Below are positions 32,492 to 41,037 of a stretch of 64,000 nucleotides of DNA, piece by piece (position 1 is the stretch's first letter; each line of letters starts with the position of its first letter). The position numbers and the translations under genes are program-made. The notes under the pieces are model-generated. The model was not told the origin of the DNA, made no database searches, and saw nothing but the letters and a program-made list of their open reading frames with translations. Source of the stretch: Candidatus Bathyarchaeota archaeon (GTDB taxonomy: Archaea > Thermoproteota > Bathyarchaeia > Bathyarchaeales > Bathycorpusculaceae); the NCBI GenBank assembly GCA_963717465.1, contig OY970340.1, forward strand, positions 2,464,001-2,528,000. The letters are read 5' to 3'.

Positions 32492-32572
32492 GATATTAAG
32501 CTAGATTATAAGCCAATTTTAGATTTTGCGACAAAAAAGGACATTTCAGTAAATAACATCGACATTATTGCA
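32492..32572 (-). promoter_or_regulatory. Conserved promoter/operator element, copy 4 (oxidoreductase)
   Basis: TTATA 32506, GCGACA 32528, ACATTATTGC 32562. Confidence 0.8.
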
Positions 32573-32649
32573 GAACAAATATTTCTCCTAACACAATGTT
32601 GACCTCACACTTTTTTAATTACTAATGCAGCGTAAAAGCAGAATTAAAA

Positions 32650-32870
32650 ATAACGAAGGCATCCTAGCGGGCAATGGCACAGACAATTCAGTGAGCATTA
32701 CTTTCTCATAGCCTACAGGTGGCTAGAGAAAAGGGGATTGAGCTTCTCTATAGCCACCATCTAAAGGTGAACAGGTTACTTGTTTGACATCCCCATCCCT
32801 GTCATAGCAGAATTCGACCATCAGGCGAATTTTCCTGCTCAGGTTTACCCACTTTAAGTTCCCGTTTTAT
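32650..32870 (-). ncRNA. Candidate structured non-coding RNA of unknown family
   Basis: GC-richer, multi-hairpin stretch with no ORF, between promoter copy 5 and a T-tract. Confidence 0.55.
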
Positions 32871-32888
32871 TTAGCATGAAGGATCATT

Positions 32889-32971
32889 GATATTTAAATT
32901 AAATTATGAAACTAGTTGCAGTTTTTGCAACAAAATAGGCATTCATGTAATTGTTAGCCTACATTATTGCA
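32889..32971 (-). promoter_or_regulatory. Conserved promoter/operator element, copy 5 (upstream of candidate ncRNA, divergent from regulator)
   Basis: TTATG 32904, GCAACA 32927, ACATTATTGC 32961. Confidence 0.75.
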
Positions 32972-33088
32972 GAGAGAATAGTTTTTATCAACATAATTGT
33001 TCAATTTATTATCTGCTCATATGGATATCGGCTTTTGCTAGCATATGAAATACAAAAACTTAAAACTGCCTTGTACATAGTATAGGGC

Positions 33089-33697
33089 ATGAGCCAATTT
33101 TTTAAAAGGCAAGATACCTCAGACATGAAAGTACCTGTAAACTTGAAAGTCCTATTTGCCCTTCTGGCGTTAGGTGGTAAAAGCGACAGGGAGATTGCTA
33201 AAAAACTAGGTATAAACAATTCGACATTATCTAGAAGAAGAAAGAAGCTTGAAGAAGAGGGTTACATAAAAGAGTATACATTATTGCCCGATTTCCACAA
33301 AATGGGGCTTGATATTATCGTTTTTTCATCCTGCTCAACTTCTGATGTGGTACCGACAGAAAATTCTAAGTATGTTCAAGAATTAGTCAATAAAATTCCC
33401 GAAATGCTGTGTCTTTTTGAAGACCATGATGTAGCGGGAACAAACTGGTTTGCCGTAACTGTACATAGGAATTATGATGAATTTGTAGAATTATACAAAA
33501 ATGTTATGGACGAAATAACATCCATGCATTTACATGTGCCACGTGTAGAATCGAAACGCCTCGTATTTCATACGAACAAACTGTATCCAAAACCTTTCTC
33601 ACTGCGACAATTGAATGTTATATTTCAAAACAAGAGAAGTTTTGAGCAACCTCAGCGCAGGAAGCATGACACTAAAATAACAACTGCTGATGCCTAA
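33089..33697 (+). CDS. Lrp/AsnC-family transcriptional regulator
   Basis: SDREIAKKLGI..STLSRRRKKLEEEGYIKEYT..PDF.K.G HTH. Confidence 0.88.
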   Translation: MSQFFKRQDTSDMKVPVNLKVLFALLALGGKSDREIAKKLGINNSTLSRRRKKLEEEGYIKEYTLLPDFHKMGLDIIVFSSCSTSDVVPTENSKYVQELVNKIPEMLCLFEDHDVAGTNWFAVTVHRNYDEFVELYKNVMDEITSMHLHVPRVESKRLVFHTNKLYPKPFSLRQLNVIFQNKRSFEQPQRRKHDTKITTADA

Positions 33698-33875
33698 AAA
33701 GGCTGCCATGGAACCTGCAAGTGAAAAGTTACAAGTGAATTTATAGTAAATACTGTGTTTCACAATACTCCAGAAGAATCGCTTATTCCTAGGATAGCCC
33801 TTTAAAAACAGCATTGTTAAGAAATGAATTTAAGGCTAAAAATAGACTTGTTATTAATATATTTGGTGTCATTTT

Positions 33876-34523
33876 TTGGTTAAAAGAAAAATCGTCAATA
33901 TAGACCCGTCACTCTGCAACGGTTGCGGAGCATGCATTCCTAAATGCGCTGAAGGTGCGCTGCAAATGGTTAACGGAAAGGCAACAATTGTCAAAGAGAC
34001 CTACTGCGATGGGTTAGGCGCTTGTCTTGGTCATTGTCCTCAAGGAGCTATAACGATCACTGAGAGAGAAGCTCCACAATTTAACGAGAAAGAAGTGCAT
34101 GAATACTTGAAAAACAAACAGCAACGGGGAAGCAAAGGCTTATTAATTCAAGACTCTGTGAATCCGCAATGGCCAATTAAGTTAAATCTAGTGCCCGTTA
34201 AAGCTCCCTTTTTTGAAAATGCTGACTTGTTAATCGCAGCAGATTGCGCTCCAGTTGCATTCAAGCAATTCCAGGATAAATTGTTACCAGGCAAAAAGAT
34301 TGTTATTGGATGCCCTAAATTTGATGACGCCAGAGCTTATGCACAAAAATTCTCTGAGATATTGAAACAAAACAATATAGCAAGCATCACAATAGCCCAT
34401 ATGGAAGTGCCCTGTTGCAGCGCGTTAAATTGGGTTGTAGCTAAAGCGTTGGAAACATCAGGCAAGAAAATTCCAGTTAAAGAATATGAGATAACAGTGA
34501 AGGGAGGAATAAATGAGCTCTGA
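33876..34523 (+). CDS. Iron-sulfur cluster-binding protein
   Basis: CNGCGACIPKC, CDGLGACLGHCP, QWPIKL, GCPKFDD, MEVPCC. Confidence 0.85.
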   Translation: MVKRKIVNIDPSLCNGCGACIPKCAEGALQMVNGKATIVKETYCDGLGACLGHCPQGAITITEREAPQFNEKEVHEYLKNKQQRGSKGLLIQDSVNPQWPIKLNLVPVKAPFFENADLLIAADCAPVAFKQFQDKLLPGKKIVIGCPKFDDARAYAQKFSEILKQNNIASITIAHMEVPCCSALNWVVAKALETSGKKIPVKEYEITVKGGINEL

Positions 34524-34770
34524 AGAAAAAAAGTCGTCAGAGAAAAATCCTCAAATATGTCCGGGTTTGAAAGACTTGCTTCAGCCTAAACCATCATATA
34601 TAAAGTGTCATGTTTGCGGTGGCGATTTAGAGATTTGGAGTGATGAAGATAAAACTACGTGCCCCGAATGCGGAGCTGAATGGAAGCGCCCAGATAAAAG
34701 TGGAGCTTGCCTAGAGTACTGTGAACACGCAGACAAGTGTAGGGCAATAATTAACTCAAGAAAGTATTGA
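34513..34770 (+). CDS. Small Cys-rich metal-binding protein
   Basis: CPG, CHVCG...EIWSDE...CPECG, CLEYC...DKC. Confidence 0.7.
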   Translation: MSSEEKKSSEKNPQICPGLKDLLQPKPSYIKCHVCGGDLEIWSDEDKTTCPECGAEWKRPDKSGACLEYCEHADKCRAIINSRKY

Positions 34771-34800
34771 ATAAACAGAAAATTATAGGCAGGTGTATGG

Positions 34801-35889
34801 TTGAACCGCTTTGAAGAAAGACGCAAAAGAACACAAGAATTAATGGTTGAAAAGGGTGTTGCCGCATTACAGGTAACAAGTCGAGAAAACTACTATTATC
34901 TAACAGGAGACATCAGAAACGTTGCACGGTTATTTCTTCCTCAACAAGGCGACCCAACAATAATTGTTTTTGATGAGGAGGTTGAGGATGCAAAAAAGGC
35001 GTCGGGAATTTCAGATGTCAGAGGCTGGCGTACTCCAGCACAACTTATGCAGCATTTCTTTCAAGCAGTAAAAGAGCACGGCGTTGCTGATAAAAAAGTG
35101 GGTTTTTGCATTCATTCTAACCCAGGCTTTCTCGTATACAAGTTTTTGAAGTCAAACTCAAAAATGCAGATTATCGAAAACGAGGAAATTCTCATGCCAC
35201 TTCGTTACGCTAAGGATAACGAGGAGTTGGAAGCAATGAGGAGAGCTGCAAAGGCAGCTGATAAGGGCATTGAAGCAGCAATCGCAGCAGTTAAGCCTGG
35301 TGCAACAGAAATTGACGTTGCCGCGGAAGCCGAGTACGCCATGCGCAAAAGTGGAACAATGCGTTATGGCTCAAGCACATTTGTGGACAGCGGCCCTCAC
35401 TCGATTTATTTGCATGGTGGAACTACGCATAGAAAGATTGAGGCTGGAGACTTAGTGGTTATCGACGTGCATCCAGTCGTAGATATGTACTCAGCAGACT
35501 GCGCCCGAACAGTGGTATGCGGTCAAATTTCAGAAAAGCAAAAAGAACTAATTAAAACATACGACACGATCCAAAAAGCAATTATTCAAAACATAAAGCC
35601 CGGCTGGAAAGTAGGTCAAGTAACCTCTGCCTTTAACGAAGCTTTCACAGCCAAAGGTTTTGGAAACGTTTGGATTCCAGGTCCCGTTCACGGCGTTGGC
35701 TTAGAGTTTGAAGAATGGCCTCATCCAAGCCACTACGGTGGACACCTTCAACTTGAAATCGGCGAAAACTGGACCTTAGCTATCGGCCACAGCATACTCC
35801 CAGTAAAGAACGTGGGCGGAGTAAAACTTGAAGACACAATACAAATTACTCCAGATGGCGGAAAAAGCCTAACTCAAGCGCCAACATAG
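34801..35889 (+). CDS. M24-family peptidase/amidohydrolase
   Basis: Creatinase-like N-domain (ENYYYLTG), ADCART, HGVGLEFEE, GGVKLED. Confidence 0.85.
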   Translation: MNRFEERRKRTQELMVEKGVAALQVTSRENYYYLTGDIRNVARLFLPQQGDPTIIVFDEEVEDAKKASGISDVRGWRTPAQLMQHFFQAVKEHGVADKKVGFCIHSNPGFLVYKFLKSNSKMQIIENEEILMPLRYAKDNEELEAMRRAAKAADKGIEAAIAAVKPGATEIDVAAEAEYAMRKSGTMRYGSSTFVDSGPHSIYLHGGTTHRKIEAGDLVVIDVHPVVDMYSADCARTVVCGQISEKQKELIKTYDTIQKAIIQNIKPGWKVGQVTSAFNEAFTAKGFGNVWIPGPVHGVGLEFEEWPHPSHYGGHLQLEIGENWTLAIGHSILPVKNVGGVKLEDTIQITPDGGKSLTQAPT

Positions 35890-35962
35890 CGACAAATGCA
35901 ACGTGCGGGAAAGATTGCGAGAAATCAGGAAATAATCAATGTTTTTCTGATTTTATTGGGTA

Positions 35963-36286
35963 CTATACTTCAAGTTTTATCCATATTTTGCCTGATTTTT
36001 TTTTCCACGCGATCTTGGTCAAAGTAAACCCTTTTTGTTCCGCGTATTCCCCGGTTCTAAGGTCAAATCGCCATTCGTGACAAGGGCAAACAATAACGTA
36101 GCCATCCAGTGTACCACCTGAGAGAAGACAGCTCATGTGTGGGCAACGATTATCAAATGCAAAAATTTTCCCGTTAACTTTTGTAAGCAGGATAGGGGTA
36201 CCTTCAACTTTAACTGGCTTCATCGAACCTTCTTGGAGTTCGCTTTCGTCCAAAACTGGCAGGAAAGAGCTATGATCATTAGCCAA
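35963..36286 (-). CDS. Rieske [2Fe-2S] ferredoxin
   Basis: CPHM...CPCHEWRFD. Confidence 0.9.
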   Translation of the reverse strand: MANDHSSFLPVLDESELQEGSMKPVKVEGTPILLTKVNGKIFAFDNRCPHMSCLLSGGTLDGYVIVCPCHEWRFDLRTGEYAEQKGFTLTKIAWKKKSGKIWIKLEV

Positions 36287-36310
36287 ATTGACTAAGCCTC
36301 TAAGTATATT

Positions 36311-36955
36311 TTAAGTCTTTACTCGTTGGAACAGCGTGTAGATATATGGTCTTGGGTCGCCTGAAGGCATGTGATATAGATAATCGAAGTACTCGATTAA
36401 TATAAAATCGTTTCCCAAGAATTCTGAAAGCATGTTCTGGTCATACCGCTTAACGTTTAGGCCTGCACACATTTCTGCTCCACTTAACGAAAATGTAGAA
36501 ATGATCACGTAACCGTTTTTCTTGACAGCGCCTTTAAGCGTAGCTAAGTATCCTTGCCTATCCTTTTCATCTGTGAAAAAATGCAACAACGCCCTGTCAT
36601 GCCACACAGCAATGTCGCTAAAAACACTCTTTTGATTGGGCGAAGTAACGTCATCTAAAACAAACTTCACTAATGAAGCCTTTTCACATAACCTACTCTT
36701 CAGCTTGCTCACAGCAACTTCACTTATATCAACAGCAACTATTTTTTTAAAACCTTTTTCAACAAGGCAGTCAACGAGCTTGCTTGCGCCAGCACCAACA
36801 CACAAAATCGAATCGTCAATTTTAATATTACATTTAGACAAGAGCTTTAAACACGAATTCGGAGTCTCCTCATACCAACCTAGCTCGTTTACTTCATAAC
36901 ATTTGTAGATTGAATCCCAATGATCTCTCATCTGACTGCACATTAATGTCGCCAC
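36311..36955 (-). CDS. Class I SAM-dependent methyltransferase
   Basis: VGAGAS, VDIS, WHDRALLHF. Confidence 0.85.
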   Translation of the reverse strand: MATLMCSQMRDHWDSIYKCYEVNELGWYEETPNSCLKLLSKCNIKIDDSILCVGAGASKLVDCLVEKGFKKIVAVDISEVAVSKLKSRLCEKASLVKFVLDDVTSPNQKSVFSDIAVWHDRALLHFFTDEKDRQGYLATLKGAVKKNGYVIISTFSLSGAEMCAGLNVKRYDQNMLSEFLGNDFILIEYFDYLYHMPSGDPRPYIYTLFQRVKT

Positions 36956-37181
36956 TATGATTCATGAACAAATAGTATCTAAAATGTTTCGGAGACAATG
37001 CAATTCACGATTAAACATTGCATAAGAATTGCTAGGTAGATAAGCAGGAAATGCAAAATATCTAGACAAGAGCTATGTTAAAATAATTCACATCTTTAGG
37101 GGGTAGGTTCATGTCTGCAAAAAGCAGACATGAGGGGGGTTAATTGAGATAGTGTACTTAGTGTAGTGTAGTATAGGGTTC

Positions 37182-37565
37182 TTATTGCATGGTTGTTTTA
37201 GCAAGCATTTTGGGGTTGGCTTGAATGGTAACATGTGATGTGTCCGTTGAGTTTAATTTATGCATTACCATGGTTAGTGAGTTTTCTGTGAAGTTTAGCA
37301 TTGCTTGGCCTTCGTTGGTTAGGTGGTAGACTTTTCTTGGTCGTTCATAGGTCATGTCCCATTTGCTTTCGATGTATTTTTTCTTTTCCAAGCTGGACAA
37401 TAGCGGGTATATGGTGCTGGGGCCGAAGTAGACGCCGAAGCTTTTGCGTATTTTAAGGATGATTTCGTATCCATGCATGGGCTGTGAGTTTAATAGCTGA
37501 AGCGTTATTAGGTCTAGTAAGCCTTTTGTAAGTTTTACTTGGACTTCTTTTTGATTATTTATCAT
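37182..37565 (-). CDS. PadR-family regulator
   Basis: PMHGYEI, GPSTIYPLL..LE, RPRKVY.LT..G; start taken at ATG 37565. Confidence 0.88.
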   Translation of the reverse strand: MINNQKEVQVKLTKGLLDLITLQLLNSQPMHGYEIILKIRKSFGVYFGPSTIYPLLSSLEKKKYIESKWDMTYERPRKVYHLTNEGQAMLNFTENSLTMVMHKLNSTDTSHVTIQANPKMLAKTTMQ

Positions 37566-37906
37566 TTTTCTTGTGCTCCTCCAACTTTCATCTATATGCT
37601 GTATTGAGTCACTATAGTGCATAAAGGCAGATTTAAAAGCTCGCACATAACCAAGCAATACCAGAATAGCTCAGAAACAAGAATATGTAGCAAAAAACAG
37701 TATTTTCACTCATTAAATACATCCAAAAACTGTTAAATCAGGCATGCTTCAATTCAGGATTGAACTGTACAACAAGCCAACAAAAAACTACAAAAAGCCC
37801 ATTGCCTTTGGCAGAATATAAAGCTAAATATGCAACAGTTTTAGCCTAAACTTGATCTGTAGAACAAAACAACAACTTACTGCAGCCCTTAAATTAATCT
37901 TTTAAT

Positions 37907-37984
37907 TGGTGGGCCCGGCCGGATTTGAACCGGCGACCAACAGATTATGAGTCTGGCGCTCTGGCCTGACTGAGCTACGGGCCC
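37907..37984 (-). tRNA. tRNA with CAT anticodon, probably tRNA-Ile2; CCA encoded
   Basis: GGGCCCG...CGGGCCC-A-CCA, loop CTCATAA; GGGCCC acceptor is Ile-type in archaea. Confidence 0.88.
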
Positions 37985-38077
37985 AAATCCGCTGCTCTCA
38001 TTTATTGCTGTTTCCAACAGAATTTAAACGTTTTTCCCTACAATAGTAAGCTAAAGCATGTCCACTGTTTAAGTTGG

Positions 38078-40051
38078 TTATTGTTTTAAGGCTTGGTTTT
38101 TGTCTTTGGCAATTTTGCTTATGCCATGGCTGGTTTTGTCCCAGTAGAAGGGTTTGTAAACAAGTTGTATGAGTCCACGCCATGAAGCTATGCTGATAAG
38201 CGCCCAATAGATGGGCATAAGAAGTGATACGGGTATTAGTCGAGTTTTTTTGAGGCTCATGCACGCCATGAGGTACATCAACACGTATGTTAAATTGCCA
38301 ACAAAAAGGTTAAAGATGCAAATTGGCATAAGATAACTTGGAACTAACCCGGCGATTAAGTAAGGTGCAACGATAGAAACTGCCAGAATGCCCCATAGCA
38401 CAGGATTTATTGGTGACATAAATATTCCTGCGCCAAATGTTAATTGAAATTTAAGATATTGCTTTAAACTCAGGTCCTGCTGGAGTTTTCTTGGATTTCT
38501 CATGTGAACCAAGTAGGTTTGCACGTGACCTTTATACCAACGGGCTCGTTGGCGAATCCAGCTTCTGACATTCACGGTTGCTTCTTCAAACGTGTATGTG
38601 TCTATAACCTGGGTCTTGAATTTTTGTCTGGAAATTCTTATTCCGATGTCTGCATCTTCAGTCACGTTGTAAGGGTCCCATCTGCCAAGCTCGTTTAGTT
38701 TGCTTATGCGAAAATGGTTACTTGTTCCACCAAGCGGTATAGGCGCGTTGAAGTAGTCTAAGCCGCTGATGTAAAATTCGTACCAGTACCCATACTCAAT
38801 TGAGAAAAATCTTGTGAGCAAATTCTCTTGGGAATTATAGAAGTTGAGTTTAGATTGAAGGCAAACGACGTCTTCTTTTGAATTCATAAAAATGGTGGCG
38901 ACTTTTCGAAGCTGATCAGGGTCTGGGTCATCTTCAGCGTCGTAGATAACGCAGAGTTCACCTTTTGACCTGAGTAGTCCATAGTTGCATGCTCTGGGCT
39001 TGGTGGTTACCTCAGTATTAGGGATAATAATTGGATCTACGACCTTGAGGAACTCATGATATTCCTCCTGTGATACGCCCTCTATAATTTCTTTAGGAGA
39101 ACCAAATAACCCGAGTCTTTTTGCTGCCTCGATTGTTTCTTTATCTTTTTCTTCCATTAGAATTTTGATATCCAGCTTTTCTTTGGGATAGTCGAGGTTG
39201 TAGAGGTTTTTTAGCAGTTGTGGCAGAACACTTGCTTCATGAAAAACCGGTGTGAGAATGGTATAAATCGGCAGGTCCTTGTCGCAAACCCATTGAAGAT
39301 CATCTTTCTTTATTTTTCTGATTTGTCTTGATTTGCTAATGCCTTTCAGTGAAATGAAAATCTTTATGGGATTAACGACAAAGTACGCGATATTTATTAT
39401 TCCAAAGAGAACCATAAAAGTTACCAATGAATTTATAACAGCACAAATGGCAACTGTAGCTATCATTGCTAACAAGAAGTACTTTTGTTTGGGGTACAAC
39501 ACTCTATACGCTGACTGATCAGGCGTTCTATTGAATAGATCGAACATTGCTTCTTTCTTGTGGATTTTGCTGTAGAGATTCTCTATTGCCCACTCAATCG
39601 CCCGTGAAGACGCCACATGCAAATGCGTTGTTCTGTTTCCAACAAGCAGTTTAAGCAACATGTCAACTCTGGGGTCAAGAGGGTTTGAAACAGCCAGCTT
39701 CACCGTATCTTGGCTTATTTCCAATGGAATAATTTCATACTTGGAGATGACAGGGTAAGGCAGGATTGATAATAGTTGGCTATTTCTATCGTTAGCGTAA
39801 ATCTTGCGTATTCGAGCGAAATCCAGAAAAGGCATGCCATGTATTTCGGCGAGATCTTTGAAGAACGCTTCAGGTATATTTATTTTGGCGGCCTTCAATG
39901 TTGGGATGATATCTTTAACTTGAACTTCAGGCTTTTCTACTGAATTAGTGCGGACTTTATGCTTTTTTAGCAGGTTTATTACTTGTTCTTTATCGTTTGA
40001 TACCGCATAATCTTGAATAATGACATAGTTATCAGTGACGGCATGCTGCAT
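38078..40051 (-). CDS. GT2 processive glycosyltransferase with N-terminal GspE/MshEN-like domain
   Basis: TKPRACNYGL, IYDAED, NVTEDADIG, QRARW; N-terminal LA...G.PF.D...IIPL...LAVSNPLD. Confidence 0.88.
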   Translation of the reverse strand: MQHAVTDNYVIIQDYAVSNDKEQVINLLKKHKVRTNSVEKPEVQVKDIIPTLKAAKINIPEAFFKDLAEIHGMPFLDFARIRKIYANDRNSQLLSILPYPVISKYEIIPLEISQDTVKLAVSNPLDPRVDMLLKLLVGNRTTHLHVASSRAIEWAIENLYSKIHKKEAMFDLFNRTPDQSAYRVLYPKQKYFLLAMIATVAICAVINSLVTFMVLFGIINIAYFVVNPIKIFISLKGISKSRQIRKIKKDDLQWVCDKDLPIYTILTPVFHEASVLPQLLKNLYNLDYPKEKLDIKILMEEKDKETIEAAKRLGLFGSPKEIIEGVSQEEYHEFLKVVDPIIIPNTEVTTKPRACNYGLLRSKGELCVIYDAEDDPDPDQLRKVATIFMNSKEDVVCLQSKLNFYNSQENLLTRFFSIEYGYWYEFYISGLDYFNAPIPLGGTSNHFRISKLNELGRWDPYNVTEDADIGIRISRQKFKTQVIDTYTFEEATVNVRSWIRQRARWYKGHVQTYLVHMRNPRKLQQDLSLKQYLKFQLTFGAGIFMSPINPVLWGILAVSIVAPYLIAGLVPSYLMPICIFNLFVGNLTYVLMYLMACMSLKKTRLIPVSLLMPIYWALISIASWRGLIQLVYKPFYWDKTSHGISKIAKDKNQALKQ

Positions 40052-40173
40052 TGTTCTTTTCTCTTTTTGCTAAAAGTCTACTGGGGTCAGCAAAATAATA
40101 TGATTGTGCATGCATCGTTAAGATTACAGGTCTACATTCAAAAGCAAACGATGCATTAAACAGCCAATAGACT

Positions 40174-41031
40174 TCATGTTGAGCGTTCGTAGTGATACAA
40201 ATATTCTTGAGCATAACCAGCATACTCGCCAAAATAATTTCTTCCAAAGACACTCAACTGCTCATATTCACTATTGCTTAACGACTTATGGCTTGACAGT
40301 TTCTTAACATATGCCTCAGGGAAGCAGTGACCATAATGCCTAAGCATTATGCGTTTAACCCAAACATCGATTGGAAAAGCTTCCTTTTTACCAAGCGAGA
40401 AAAGCAAAACACAATCAGCTACTTTAAAGCCTACACCGGGAAAAGTTACGAGCAATTTTTTCGCTTGCAGGTAAGGCATATTTTTCAAGTCTTCAAGGTT
40501 AATTTTTTCATCGCGAATCTTTTTTGACAAGGCATGGACATATTTGGCTCTGTAACCTAAGCCGCACTCTCGCAATCCATTTTCACTGGCATTAGCCAAT
40601 TTGTCAATTGTTGGGAGAGCGTAGAAGTCTAAACCGTCAAAATTTATTTTTTCACCGTATTTTTCGGCAATGTTGTTGAGCATGTGTTTTATGGCTGCGA
40701 TACTCTTGTATGTTGCACAAACAAAAGAGATAAGGCACTCCCAAGGGTCTTGGCGAATAATTCTTAAGCCCTCAAACTGCTTCAAAGCTTTCCTTATGTA
40801 ATCGTCTTTGCCGATGCTATTGGCGATTTTTTCCAGATCATCGTTCAAACCAAAATAGTTCCGAATCAAATTTTCAGAAGCATTCTCAAACTCTAATTCA
40901 TTTTCAACTTGGTGTATTTTAACAACTTGATTCTTAACGACTCCAAACCACCATTCACCTTTTCGTGTCCACCTAAAAACTTGACCACAGCAAAGCGTGA
41001 AATTCAAATCGAAAGCTACATCAAGCCTCAA
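40174..41031 (-). CDS. ogg: 8-oxoguanine DNA glycosylase (OGG1-like)
   Basis: TL.CGQVFRW, RQDPWECLISF, GLGYRAKY, GVG.KVADC, FPIDVW, AGYAQEYL. Confidence 0.9.
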   Translation of the reverse strand: MRLDVAFDLNFTLCCGQVFRWTRKGEWWFGVVKNQVVKIHQVENELEFENASENLIRNYFGLNDDLEKIANSIGKDDYIRKALKQFEGLRIIRQDPWECLISFVCATYKSIAAIKHMLNNIAEKYGEKINFDGLDFYALPTIDKLANASENGLRECGLGYRAKYVHALSKKIRDEKINLEDLKNMPYLQAKKLLVTFPGVGFKVADCVLLFSLGKKEAFPIDVWVKRIMLRHYGHCFPEAYVKKLSSHKSLSNSEYEQLSVFGRNYFGEYAGYAQEYLYHYERST

Positions 41032-41037
41032 ATTTGT

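Noticed and set aside
32650..32870. tRNA-Sec, cobalamin/Moco riboswitch or H/ACA guide
   Set aside because: No cloverleaf with a UCA anticodon and T-arm; only a short AAACGGGAA resemblance to cobalamin riboswitches; a k-turn-like motif and ACA are present but no lower H/ACA stem
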